Shown here: piece by piece, positions 29,407-38,987 of the stretch
Layout: the number at the start of each line of letters is the position of its first letter
How positions within the stretch are numbered: the stretch's first letter is position 1
Origin: Candidatus Latescibacterota bacterium
GTDB lineage: Bacteria; Latescibacterota; UBA2968; GCA-2709665
Length of the DNA: 64,000 nt
Assembly: GCA_965248435.1 (NCBI GenBank)
Contig: OZ252100.1
Coordinates: 4,832,001 to 4,896,000 of the forward strand
Direction of reading: 5' to 3'
Translations under genes and position numbers: made by a program
The notes under the pieces: model-generated
What the model saw: the letters and a program-made list of their open reading frames with translations, nothing else
Told to the model about the DNA's origin: nothing
The model's database searches: none

Positions 29407-30972
29407 CTATCTCTCGTTTCGGACGAAGTCCAGATCGGCACTGAAGAGGTCGCGGATATCGTCTATGCCCAGAGCGACCATGGCCATCCGATCCACGCCG
29501 AGGCCCCACGCGATCACGGGGACGTCGACGCCGAGCGGCTGTGTCACCTCTGGACGAAAGAGCCCGGCACCGCCAAGCTCCACCCAGCCCAGGGTTGGAT
29601 GTTTGGCCTGAAGCTCCACGGAGGGCTCGGTGAAGGGAAAATAGTCCGGGAGATATCGTACCCCTTCGGCCTGCGCGATCTCGAGCGCGAAGAGATCGAG
29701 TAGGCCCAGCAAACTCCGAAAGTTGATCGAGTCGCCGATGACGATTCCCTCTACCTGGATGAAATCGGCGGAGTGTGTCGCGTCGACGTCGTCGGGGCGG
29801 AAGCAGCGGGCGATCGCGAAATATTTTCCAGGGATGTTCGGAGAGGAGGCCAGAGTGCGGGCGGAAAGCGCGGTGCCCTGCGTGCGCAGGATCAGCCTAC
29901 GGGAGCGATCGGGATCGAATGGGTATCGCCACCCTCGCGATCCGGTTTTTCCACCGTTCGCGTGGACGTTTCCGACGTCTGTAAAGAAGGGCTCTTCCGA
30001 GCGGCGGGAGCGTTCGGGCTGCTTGACGTAGTATGCGTCGTGGATATTCCTCGCCGCGTGGAACTGAGGCATAAAGAGGGCGTCCATGTTCCAGAATTCT
30101 GTTTCGACAAGCGGCCCTTTCATCTCTTCGAAACCGAGCGAGAGCAGCTTTCGACGGACGCTGTCCAGGTAGGCCCTGTAGGCGTGGGTCCTCCCGACCA
30201 GGATTCGAGGCGGTTTGATGGAGAGGTCGTAGCGGCGGAAGGAGAGGTCCTTCCAGGCCCCGTCTTTCAGCATGTCGGGATTGACCTGTGAGACCTCATC
30301 GCCGGTGAGATTGGCGTCGAGAAGCGCGGCCAGGGTCTTGAGACCTCCATCCGTAAGACGGTAGGATCGTTCGACACGCTCTTCCAGGCGCACCGGACCC
30401 TTCGCCTTTCCCCGCTTCCTGGCGTGGGCGGCGATGTATTCCTGGATCTCCTCGGAAAACGCGCCGACGTCGAGTCCTTCGTCCTCCTTCCGAAGCCTCC
30501 CGAAGAGATCTGCCTTCAGGCGATCCAGGTAGAACGCTGCCTTTCCCTCGTCCGAAATCTGTATCGCCTCTCCCTCGAGTCGAATCACCCCGTCCTTCTT
30601 GAGCGTGCCGAAGGCACTCCCCCAATCGCTCCTGTCGAAGCGGGTATCCTGCTGGAGTTCCTTGAGGGATGGGGGGGGTCTCTCGCCGGCTCGTGTGAGG
30701 AGTGCGGATTCGGGCGTGGCTCCCTTTTCCGCATAATCGACCCCGACTTCGGTCAGCAGAACGGTGGTCTGCTCTCTCTCCTCAGTCGTTTCGATGATTC
30801 CTTTTGAGAGCAGCCACTGGATGGCACGACGGTGCTGAGCAGGATCGAGATGTGTAGCTTCCAGCATTTCTGGGTCGGAAAGCACGGAGCTTTCCCTGCC
30901 TGCGAATGCACGAAGGGTTTGGATCTCGAGCGCGTGCAGGGAAGACAGGTCACTGTTCATTTCTTGCGTCAC
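29407..30972 (-). CDS. pheS: Phenylalanyl-tRNA synthetase alpha subunit, archaeal type with long N-terminus
   Basis: FWNMDALFMPQFH.AR, FRPD..DATH, YFPFTEPS and AWGLGVDR. 521 aa. Confidence 0.93.
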   Translation of the reverse strand: MTQEMNSDLSSLHALEIQTLRAFAGRESSVLSDPEMLEATHLDPAQHRRAIQWLLSKGIIETTEEREQTTVLLTEVGVDYAEKGATPESALLTRAGERPPPSLKELQQDTRFDRSDWGSAFGTLKKDGVIRLEGEAIQISDEGKAAFYLDRLKADLFGRLRKEDEGLDVGAFSEEIQEYIAAHARKRGKAKGPVRLEERVERSYRLTDGGLKTLAALLDANLTGDEVSQVNPDMLKDGAWKDLSFRRYDLSIKPPRILVGRTHAYRAYLDSVRRKLLSLGFEEMKGPLVETEFWNMDALFMPQFHAARNIHDAYYVKQPERSRRSEEPFFTDVGNVHANGGKTGSRGWRYPFDPDRSRRLILRTQGTALSARTLASSPNIPGKYFAIARCFRPDDVDATHSADFIQVEGIVIGDSINFRSLLGLLDLFALEIAQAEGVRYLPDYFPFTEPSVELQAKHPTLGWVELGGAGLFRPEVTQPLGVDVPVIAWGLGVDRMAMVALGIDDIRDLFSADLDFVRNER

Positions 30973-30991
30973 TCTGAACTCTCCGTTGAGT

Positions 30992-31262
30992 ACAAAAAGG
31001 CCCTCTCATCCTTAGGGACGAAAGGGCGTATGCCTTCCGCGGTACCACCCTATTTGCGTCCGAACAGGACGCCGCTTAGCGGACAGCTATCACTGCCCCT
31101 CTTCTTCACGGAACGAGAAACCGGCGCGGCCTACTGCTCACCGTATCGGGAGGTTCAGCGTTGCAGCTCGGGAGGGAACTTCGGCCTGCCTGCCTCAGTA
31201 GGCGTTCTCAACCCGGGAAGCCCCCTCTCTGTGCGGCTGGTTTCCGCCTACGTTTCTCCGTC
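30992..31262 (-). promoter_or_regulatory. T-box riboswitch (Phe specifier)
   Basis: Minus strand shows an AGAGA box, GGTTGAGA, specifier GAAG-TTC, T-box AATAGGGTGGTACCGCG and a terminator hairpin with T-run. Confidence 0.9.
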
Positions 31263-31275
31263 AAGGCTTTGTTAT

Positions 31276-31304
31276 ACTATATGTTACGACGGTATTGGAG
31301 TCAA
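31276..31304 (-). promoter_or_regulatory. sigma70 promoter for the T-box/pheST transcript
   Basis: TTGACT-17 bp-TATAGT. Confidence 0.7.
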
Positions 31305-31330
31305 GAGAAAAGCGAAAAGATGCGGCGGGG

Positions 31331-31975
31331 CTATTCGTCATCCTTGAATTCGATCGACCAATGAGACCCATCGCAGAACGGTTTGTTCTTGGACGCGCCG
31401 CATCGGCAGAGGGTAGACTGCTCGCCGGATACACCTTCAGCGCTCGGGACGTCCGTTAATTCAACGCCTCCGATAACGTGATAAGGACCGTCTTTGGTCA
31501 CAGTAACCATCGGACCCCGGTCAGGGTCTCCCGGCTCCACACCTTCAATCGAGTAGCTCAGGGCACCAGACGGGCACTTTCGAATCGTTTCGATGATGAT
31601 CTCCGCCTCCGCGCCATCCGGATCTATCCAGGGTTCCTGCTTCATCCTGAATACCGAGGCCAGGTTGTCGGTGCAAAATCCAGCGTGCGCGCAAATGCCC
31701 CGATTGTCGTGAATCGTTATTCCCTTGCCCACAAAATTGTCACGTTTGTCTTCGCTGCCGTCCCCTTCCTTTTCTCCGGAAAAGCCGATCTTGGAGTGTG
31801 TTCCGTCACAGAACGGCTTGTTGGATGATTTTCCGCAGCGACACAAAGCAATAACAGGCTTCGTGGAGATGCTGTTGCCCTCTGAGTCGCGGAACTGACC
31901 CAGGTTCTTTACCAGATATGGGCCGTTGGGCGCACACTGGATAACAGGAGCTTGACCTTTATCGTCTGAATTCAC
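31331..31975 (-). CDS. CDGSH iron-sulfur protein (CDGSH + divergent 4Fe-4S + CDGSH)
   Basis: Two CRCG.S.NKPFCDG(T/S)H motifs flanking C.HAG.C...CPSGAL. Confidence 0.92.
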   Translation of the reverse strand: MNSDDKGQAPVIQCAPNGPYLVKNLGQFRDSEGNSISTKPVIALCRCGKSSNKPFCDGTHSKIGFSGEKEGDGSEDKRDNFVGKGITIHDNRGICAHAGFCTDNLASVFRMKQEPWIDPDGAEAEIIIETIRKCPSGALSYSIEGVEPGDPDRGPMVTVTKDGPYHVIGGVELTDVPSAEGVSGEQSTLCRCGASKNKPFCDGSHWSIEFKDDE

Positions 31976-32014
31976 ACTCTCCTCCTCAGCGATTCAAGTG
32001 GTAATCAGTTTCAA

Positions 32015-32614
32015 TCACGCCGTGGTTCCTTCCCTCACCATTGTCTCCAGGGTTATTCTCGGACAGATGTTCTCGTGTATGTAGTCCAGAAGGTTTGTCG
32101 CCACGCTGCGGATTCTTTTCTCAATCTGCTCATCGAGGCAATTGCCATCTTCGTCGAAGACATCCTGGACGTGCGCGACAGACACGGGCCCCGGCAGGAC
32201 GATCGCCCCGATGTGGGAGCAGACGCTTCGCAAATGCTCCAGGGCCTTCACGGCACCGATTTGACCTGCCGCCACCCCCAGCAGAGCGATCGGTTTTCCT
32301 GATAGGGCGGATGGGAACCCCAGGTTTTCAACGACAAGCTTGATGACGCTGGAATAGCTGCCGTGATATTCAGGTGTGGATAGAACGACACCGGTCGCGT
32401 CCGAGATGATTTCCTGAACCCTTTCTCCGTCAGGCGAATCTTCGCTCGCCCCTGGGGGAGACAAAACCATTTCTGCAGGATCGATGACATCGACCGACAC
32501 CTCTTGCTTCCGAAACTCGTCCGCCACCAGGTCCAGGGCCATTGAAGTGAAGTTGCCAGGACGAATGCTTCCCCTTATAACAGCGATTCTGATACCGCTC
32601 TTCTCAGCGTTCAA
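32015..32614 (-). CDS. NADPH-dependent FMN reductase
   Basis: GSIRPG, TPEYHGSYS..K and GKP motifs. Confidence 0.9.
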   Translation of the reverse strand: MNAEKSGIRIAVIRGSIRPGNFTSMALDLVADEFRKQEVSVDVIDPAEMVLSPPGASEDSPDGERVQEIISDATGVVLSTPEYHGSYSSVIKLVVENLGFPSALSGKPIALLGVAAGQIGAVKALEHLRSVCSHIGAIVLPGPVSVAHVQDVFDEDGNCLDEQIEKRIRSVATNLLDYIHENICPRITLETMVREGTTA

Positions 32615-32658
32615 GCAGACCTCCCTTTCTCAGGGATTCACGACTTCTCCGTCTGGCG

Positions 32659-33591
32659 CTACGGCCGGATCGGCGGAAGATTCGCTTCGATCGATGCCCG
32701 TCGCGATTCCAGCCAGGGGGGCAGCTTGAGACCGGCCCCCAGTTCTTCGACTGTTTCGTCGACGATAAACCCTGGAGGATCCGTGGCGATCTCGAACAGG
32801 ACTCTCCCCGGTTCCCGAAAGTAGATGGACCGAAAATACTGTCGGTCCATCACCGGCGATACGTTGTAACCAAGCCCCGCGAGGGTGTCCTTGAGGCGGC
32901 CCTGGGTCTTATCGTCGGGGACCCGCCAGGCCACGTGGTGCACCGAGCCGACCCCGATGCGTCCGAGCGGGACGGCCGGTTCGAGCAGGATGTCCACGAA
33001 CCTGCCCGGCCCTCGAACGCCAGTCTCGTAGCGCGAACGGTTGTCCGACTGTCGAGTCTCTTTGAACCCGAGGATTCTGGTCAACAGCTCGGCAGTGGCC
33101 TCGGCATCTCGCACGGAGAGCGTGACGGAATGAAGTCCGCGGATTTGGCAGGCCTCGGGGATCTCCGCATCCGCTCTGCCCTCGCGTCGGTCGACCGCGG
33201 ACTCAACCAACTCCAGCCAGAGACCGTCCGGGTCTTGAAAGGCCAGGACCTCCTCGTCGAAACGGGTGAACGGGCCTTCGAAGTCGATTCTATTGTGTGC
33301 AAGCCGTGCTTCCCAGGAGTTCAAAGCCCCATCCGGGATCGAGAAGGAAGTGGCGGTTTGCTGTCCCGTCCCTGACTGTCCCTTAACGCCTCCGTGGACC
33401 CAGGGGAAGAAAGTCATGATCGTACCGGGGTGACCTACTTGATCCCCGTAGTAGAAGTGATACGTGTAGGGATCATCAAAGTTCACCGTTTTTTTGACCA
33501 GCCGCAGCCCCAGGAAACCGGTATAGAACTCCAGGTTCGCCTGCGGGTCGCCAGCAAACGCGGTGACGTGATGGATCCCGACTAGCTCGCC
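32659..33591 (-). CDS. Ring-cleaving dioxygenase (VOC, MhqA/O-like)
   Basis: GIHHVTA, LVKKTVNFDDP, VHHVAWR, DRQYFRSIYFREP and FEIATDPPGF. Start approximate. Confidence 0.9.
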   Translation of the reverse strand, partial: GELVGIHHVTAFAGDPQANLEFYTGFLGLRLVKKTVNFDDPYTYHFYYGDQVGHPGTIMTFFPWVHGGVKGQSGTGQQTATSFSIPDGALNSWEARLAHNRIDFEGPFTRFDEEVLAFQDPDGLWLELVESAVDRREGRADAEIPEACQIRGLHSVTLSVRDAEATAELLTRILGFKETRQSDNRSRYETGVRGPGRFVDILLEPAVPLGRIGVGSVHHVAWRVPDDKTQGRLKDTLAGLGYNVSPVMDRQYFRSIYFREPGRVLFEIATDPPGFIVDETVEELGAGLKLPPWLESRRASIEANLPPIRP

Positions 33592-33593
33592 CA

Positions 33594-33928
33594 CTAGGCT
33601 CCCTCGTTCATCCTGCGGGATATCATCCCGTCCAGGGACCACCTTCCCGCACCCTTTAGGATCAAAGCGACAGCGATCGAAAGCGCGAGGAGGTGGTATT
33701 CAAACCCCTCTCCCTCCTGATTCTGGAACCAGTTCATGTAGAAACCATACTTGTAGTGGATAGATGCTGCGACCAGCATCACGCAGCCGATCCCGAACGC
33801 CGCCACCCGGGTGAGGAGCCCAAGAATGAGCCCGAGAGACCCGAAGAATTCCGCGACGATGGCCAGGAACGCGAAAACAACCGGAACTCCCAGAACCTCC
33901 GTAAAGAAGTCCATCGTTCCTGAGACAT
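33594..33928 (-). pseudogene. DoxX family protein, N-terminally deleted
   Basis: C-terminal DoxX motifs (EFFGSLGL, GFYMNWF, GEGFEYHLL, GAGRWSLD). The RBS and ATG join out of frame directly to 'SGTMDFF', so the first helix is missing. Confidence 0.65.
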
Positions 33929-33968
33929 GCCTTTTCTCCTCGAGTTATGCAGAAAAGCCGCGTCGAGG

Positions 33969-33994
33969 GAGACGCCCCATCGGGGCGTCTCTAC
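33969..33994. repeat. GTAG-type REP hairpin
   Basis: GAGACGCCCC-AT-CGGGGCGTCTCTAC. Confidence 0.55.
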
Positions 33995-33996
33995 GG

Positions 33997-34356
33997 CTAC
34001 GATTCGGCGGGAGGGATATAGCGATTGGCAAGCTCGACATAGTCTTCCCGTATTGGCGTAAAAATGTCGAGGATCACGGCTGGGCCGTCGATTGCGACGA
34101 CGCTGTGAGAGACGTCGGGAGGGATCAAAAAGGCCTCGCCCGCTTCAGCGGTCCTGGTTTCCTCTCCGAGCGTGAATTCCAGCCGTCCACTCAAAAGCAT
34201 GCCTCCCTGTTCGTGTGGATGATGATGCGAAGGGACGACCGCACCTTCATCGATCTCGACGCGGGAAAGCATAAGGTTTTGACCGTAGGGCGCACGGATG
34301 CTCACGCCCGCAGCGATCTTGATTGGGGGCACTTCATCCCAGTTGATGAATGGCAT
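33997..34356 (-). CDS. Cupin domain protein
   Basis: H.HPHEQ.G, PPDVSH and DIFTPIREDY motifs. Confidence 0.9.
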   Translation of the reverse strand: MPFINWDEVPPIKIAAGVSIRAPYGQNLMLSRVEIDEGAVVPSHHHPHEQGGMLLSGRLEFTLGEETRTAEAGEAFLIPPDVSHSVVAIDGPAVILDIFTPIREDYVELANRYIPPAES

Positions 34357-34440
34357 GGAGACCTCATTGAAAGAGATGAAAAAGAGACCCCGAACAGATC
34401 ACCCGGGGTCAGAACGATACGAATGGGAATCCGAGAGTCG

Positions 34441-34941
34441 CTACGGCTTCTTTGCGCCCCGCGCCAGGTCGCGGACGATGCCGTGTTTGACGTTTTCTCC
34501 CGGGGCCGCAGACGCCTCGGCGCTGATGGCCCCAAAGAGCTGACGCGTCATCATTCGTGCCGCGCTCTGGACCATTCTCTGTCCGACTGCAGCGACCGGT
34601 CCACCGACCTGGAGGTTTCCGGAATAGGAGACGAGCGTGCCTTCGCCTTCAGGCTTCAGGTCAATGTCTCCGTCGCCCTTCACGAACCCCGTTTTCCCGC
34701 TGGCCTCGACGCGCATTCTGTAGTGCGAGGGAGGTTTCAGATCCTCTAGTTCAACTTTCCCTTTGTATCTTCCCTTGATAGGCCCGACGCCGGCATTTAT
34801 ATCCAGCTCATAGGATCCCTCGCTCACCCTTTCCAGCCTTTCGCAGCCCGGCATGCACCTGCGCAGACTTTCTGGATCCGTGAGGACCTCGTAGACCCGC
34901 TCAGGGGGAGCGTCGATCGTATACTGGCCTTCGATTTTCAA
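34441..34941 (-). CDS. coxG: CoxG-like SRPBCC protein
   Basis: LTDPESLRRCMPGC and GG..AAVGQRMV. Confidence 0.88.
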   Translation of the reverse strand: MKIEGQYTIDAPPERVYEVLTDPESLRRCMPGCERLERVSEGSYELDINAGVGPIKGRYKGKVELEDLKPPSHYRMRVEASGKTGFVKGDGDIDLKPEGEGTLVSYSGNLQVGGPVAAVGQRMVQSAARMMTRQLFGAISAEASAAPGENVKHGIVRDLARGAKKP

Positions 34942-35028
34942 GGATGACCCGCAAGGAGAGCGAAAGGGGAGTTTTCTAGGACGGGTTGGCCGTCAAACAG
35001 ATGTCGTCGGTTGAGATTTCGGTACACG

Positions 35029-35898
35029 TCATCCAGCTCGTTCGACGGCCCGGCTGAGCGCTCGGCGGGTGAAGACCCTGGAGAGGTGTTCCCGGTAACC
35101 CGCGGTGGCGTGGTGATCCTCCTGGAACTCCTCGACACCCTCGGTCGCGAGGGCCGAAGCGGACTCGATGGCGTCCGCGTCCGGCTTCTTTCCAGTCAGG
35201 GCGTTCTCCACCGAGGCAGCGCGATAGGGAACGGGCGATACGCCGGTGATCCCTATCGCGACCGACGCACAGTTTCCGCTGCCATCCAACTCCACCTGCG
35301 TAGCAACGCCGGCGATGGCGAAACCGGAGGCCGACTGATGCATCTTGACGTACGCACTGCCGGACCTTTTGGGGGCCGCAGGGACGTTGATTCGCGTGAG
35401 GATCTCACCCGGCTCGATGGAGGTTGTGAGCATATCGACGAAGAATTCTGACGCCGGGACGGCTCGACCGCCACCTGGCCCCACGATTTCCAACTCAGCA
35501 TCGAGCGCAAGCATGGTCGCAGGCCAGTCCGCAGCAGGATCGGCGTGGACCAGGCTGCCGCCGATCGTCCCAACGTTCCGTACCTGGACGTCGCCGATCT
35601 CAGAGGCGGTCTCCGGAAGGAGGGGGCAGCTCTCCGCCAGCTGATCGGAACTCTCGATCGCGTAGTGGGTCGTCAACGCACCGATGGTGATGCTGCCGTT
35701 CGAAAGATCGATTTCACGCATTCCCCGAATACCGCTCAGGTCGATCACGACATCGGGAGCTGCAAACCGCAGCTTCATCAGCGGGATGAGGCTGTGACCT
35801 CCTGCGAGGAGCTTGGCGTTGTCGCCGTGCTCTTCAAGGAGGGCCAGGGCTTCTTCGAGAGTGCCCGGTGTGAGGTATTCGAACGGGCTGGGGATCAT
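35029..35898 (-). CDS. coxM: Xanthine dehydrogenase/CODH-family FAD subunit
   Basis: LAGGHSLIPLMKLR and QVRNVGTIGGS..HADPAAD. Start at MIPSPF. Confidence 0.9.
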   Translation of the reverse strand: MIPSPFEYLTPGTLEEALALLEEHGDNAKLLAGGHSLIPLMKLRFAAPDVVIDLSGIRGMREIDLSNGSITIGALTTHYAIESSDQLAESCPLLPETASEIGDVQVRNVGTIGGSLVHADPAADWPATMLALDAELEIVGPGGGRAVPASEFFVDMLTTSIEPGEILTRINVPAAPKRSGSAYVKMHQSASGFAIAGVATQVELDGSGNCASVAIGITGVSPVPYRAASVENALTGKKPDADAIESASALATEGVEEFQEDHHATAGYREHLSRVFTRRALSRAVERAG

Positions 35899-35945
35899 TT
35901 CTTGACCTCTGATGTGCGGCGAACGATGCGACAACCGTCTGGTGC

Positions 35946-38276
35946 CTATTTCTGCATCAATCTCCAGATTTTCTCGGGGCGGAGCGGCATGTCGATATGG
36001 CGAACCCCAAACGGCTTCAGTGCGTCCACGACTGCATTCACAACCGATGGGGTGGAACCGATGGTGCCGGCCTCTCCCACGCCCTTGACGCCCATGGGGT
36101 TCACGGGCGAGGGGGTTACGGTATTGTCCAGCTCGAACCGCGGGAAGTTGCTCGCCTTCGGGAGTGCGTAGTCCATCAGCGACCCGGTGAGCATCTGTCC
36201 GTTCTCGTCGTAGACGACCTCTTCGTAAAGTGCCTGGCCCACCCCCTGCGCGATCCCCCCGTGGATCTGACCTTCTACGAGCATCGGGTTGATGATGTTC
36301 CCGCAGTCGTCCACCGCCACGTAGCGTTTGAGCTCTATCTCTCCCGTGTCCGCGTCGACTTCGACGACAGCGATGTGGGTGCCGAACGGATAGGTAAAAT
36401 TCGACGGCTCGAAGAAGTATGAATCGGCCAGTCCGGGTTGGGTGTCGGGCGGCAGGTTTGTCGCCATGTGCGCGGCCTGCGAGATGTCGAGCAGTGTCAG
36501 CGACTTTTCCGGCAAGCCCTTGACGAAGTATTTCCCGTCCTCCAGAACGATATCATTTGGATTGCCTTCAAGAAGGTGGGCGGTAATCTTGATGACTTTT
36601 TCCTTCACCTTTTCCATCGCCTTGTAGAGCGCTGCGCCGCCGACGGCCGTCGCTCGACTGCCGAACGTTCCGATGCCGTACTGCACCGTATCGGTGTCGC
36701 CGTGGATCACTCGTACGTCGTCGATGTCCACCCCGAGACCATCTGCGATGAGCTGTGCGAATGTCGTCTCCTGTCCCTGTCCGTGTGGAGAGACTCCGGT
36801 GAGCACCGTTACCTTTCCTGTCGGGTCTACCCTTACCGTACCGCTTTCCCATCCCCCAGCCGGCATGGCCTGCGAGGGCCCCATTCCGCAGATCTCTACG
36901 TAGGTAGAGAAGCCGATCCCCAGGTAGCGTCCCTCTTTCCTGAGTTCCTCCTGATCCGCCCTGAGCTTTTCGTAATCCACGATCGAGAGGGCCTTGTCCA
37001 GGGTAGCCGTGTAATCTCCGCTATCGTAGCTGACGCCCGTGCCCGTCGTGTAGGGGAACTCGGATTTGCCGATGAAGTTCTTGCGCCGCACTTCCAGGGG
37101 GTCCATGTCCAACTCGGTGGCCACGAGGTCAAGGGCGCGTTCCACCATGTATGTGGCCTCCGGTCGACCGGCACCCCGGTAGGCGTCGGTGGCCATCTTG
37201 TTCGTGAATGCCGCCTTGAGTTCCATCGTGACGTTTTGGATTTTGTAGCAGCCGCAGGTCATCAACCCGGTGAGCGTAGGGATGGCCGGCGTGAGGAGCT
37301 GGTAATAGGCGCCGACATCGGCCAGTACCGTGTACTTGAGACCAGTGATCGTCCCATCATTCTTGACCGCAATTTCGACCTCTCCGGCCTGATCTCTCCC
37401 GTGGATCGTGCGGAGGATGTTTTCTCGCCTGCCTTCGATCCACTTGACGGGCCGCCTGAGCTCTCGGGCGATCCAGCCGATCAATGCTTCTTCTCCGTAG
37501 ACGTTGAGCTTGCTGCCGAAACCTCCGCCGACCTCGGGGGCGATCACCCTGACCCGGTTTTCATGCATGTCGAGCATGAGCGCGAGCTGGGTACGGAGCA
37601 GGTGGGGGATCTGAGTCGATGACCAGAGGGTGAGCTGCCTTTCTCCCGGCATGTATTGCGCCAGGACGCCCCTGGTCTCAAGGGCATTGGGTGCCAGTCG
37701 CTGATTAGCGACTCGCTGCTTTACGACTCTGTCGGCGTCTTTTATCGCGGCTTCCACGTCGCCGCCGGCCAACTTCCACGTGAAGGCCAGGTTGTCTTCC
37801 CACTGCTCGTGGAGGATAGGGGCGTTGGGCTTGAGGGCCTCTTCGGCCGAAGCGACGGCTTCGAGCGGTTCATAGTCGACTTCGATCAGGTCTGCGGCAT
37901 CCTGCGCGACGTAGCGGTCTGTCGCGACCACGGCCGCCACCGGATCTCCCACCATGCGGACCTTGCCGACCGAAAGTACGTGGTGAGGCGGAACTTTGAT
38001 TCCCGGAAAACCGTCCGGGTCTGTCGCCGCACAGGGCACCAGGCCGACCTTGTCGACGATATCCTGCCCGGTGACAACCCTCAACACGCCGGGGTGCTCA
38101 CGAGCTTTAGACGTATCGATGCCGTTGATTCGGGCGTGTGCGTGGGGGCTCCGGAGAATCACGACGTGCAGGACATCCGGCAGCTTGATGTCGTCTACGT
38201 AATGCCCCAGGCCCTGAATGAGTCGGGGATCTTCCCGTCGTTTGATTCTTGCACCCACCATCTTGCTGACGGGCAT
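35946..38276 (-). CDS. coxL: Molybdopterin large subunit, form II CoxL-like
   Basis: VGGGFGSK, AYRGAGRPE active-site loop and KGVGE. Confidence 0.9.
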   Translation of the reverse strand: MPVSKMVGARIKRREDPRLIQGLGHYVDDIKLPDVLHVVILRSPHAHARINGIDTSKAREHPGVLRVVTGQDIVDKVGLVPCAATDPDGFPGIKVPPHHVLSVGKVRMVGDPVAAVVATDRYVAQDAADLIEVDYEPLEAVASAEEALKPNAPILHEQWEDNLAFTWKLAGGDVEAAIKDADRVVKQRVANQRLAPNALETRGVLAQYMPGERQLTLWSSTQIPHLLRTQLALMLDMHENRVRVIAPEVGGGFGSKLNVYGEEALIGWIARELRRPVKWIEGRRENILRTIHGRDQAGEVEIAVKNDGTITGLKYTVLADVGAYYQLLTPAIPTLTGLMTCGCYKIQNVTMELKAAFTNKMATDAYRGAGRPEATYMVERALDLVATELDMDPLEVRRKNFIGKSEFPYTTGTGVSYDSGDYTATLDKALSIVDYEKLRADQEELRKEGRYLGIGFSTYVEICGMGPSQAMPAGGWESGTVRVDPTGKVTVLTGVSPHGQGQETTFAQLIADGLGVDIDDVRVIHGDTDTVQYGIGTFGSRATAVGGAALYKAMEKVKEKVIKITAHLLEGNPNDIVLEDGKYFVKGLPEKSLTLLDISQAAHMATNLPPDTQPGLADSYFFEPSNFTYPFGTHIAVVEVDADTGEIELKRYVAVDDCGNIINPMLVEGQIHGGIAQGVGQALYEEVVYDENGQMLTGSLMDYALPKASNFPRFELDNTVTPSPVNPMGVKGVGEAGTIGSTPSVVNAVVDALKPFGVRHIDMPLRPEKIWRLMQK

Positions 38277-38288
38277 GTCAGGCCTCCT

Positions 38289-38753
38289 CTACGTTCCCAA
38301 CTTTTTCGCCGCATAACGTACGGCATCAACGATGTGCTGGTATCCGGTGCATCGACACAAATTTCCTTCGATACCGTGCCGGATTTCATCTTCCGTCGGA
38401 TCTGGATTGCGAATGAGAAGCTGGTGAGATGCCAGGATCATTCCTGGCGTACAGAACCCACACTGCAATCCGTGGTGTTCCCAGAATCCCTCCTGGATCG
38501 GATGGAGTTGCTCGCCATCCGCAAGACCCTCGATTGTCGTGATCTCGCCGCCGTTGGCCTGAACGGCGAGCATCGTACAGGATTTCACGGCCATCCCGTT
38601 GAGCATCACCGTGCACGCGCCGCAGATACTCGTTTCACAGCCAACGTGCGTTCCCGTGAGCCCCATAACGTCGCGCAGATAGTGGACGAGGAGGAGCCGG
38701 GGTTCCACGTCGTGGCCGCAGGCTTCGCCATTGATCTTGACTTCGATTCTCAC
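38289..38753 (-). CDS. coxS: 2Fe-2S small subunit
   Basis: GC....[14 protein letters not shown] and NLCRCTGY. Confidence 0.92.
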   Translation of the reverse strand: MRIEVKINGEACGHDVEPRLLLVHYLRDVMGLTGTHVGCETSICGACTVMLNGMAVKSCTMLAVQANGGEITTIEGLADGEQLHPIQEGFWEHHGLQCGFCTPGMILASHQLLIRNPDPTEDEIRHGIEGNLCRCTGYQHIVDAVRYAAKKLGT

Positions 38754-38890
38754 GAGCGGGTCCTCCTCTTTTCAACAATGGTTCGCCTTCGTGAACGGAA
38801 ACAAGATACGCAGGACGTTTTGAGGGGCGCAAGGGGATTCTCTCTGATTCTCACGCCGGACGAGGCTGCGAGATCCGCATCCGACATTTT

Positions 38891-38906
38891 TGGCATACGA
38901 TTTGCA
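38891..38906 (+). promoter_or_regulatory. sigma54 (-24/-12) promoter upstream of fliG
   Basis: TGGCATACGATTTGCA (GG-N10-GC). Confidence 0.65.
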
Positions 38907-38987
38907 GAAATCTGCGTGGAGCGGCCTAAATCCGGGCCATTTATCGCATATTCAACCCGGTCAGATGCCTGTTGATTTCAGACGGAG

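Noticed and set aside
35946-38276. True aerobic CO dehydrogenase (form I)
   Set aside because: The active-site loop is AYRGAGR, not AYxCSFR, and the gene order is S-L-M.
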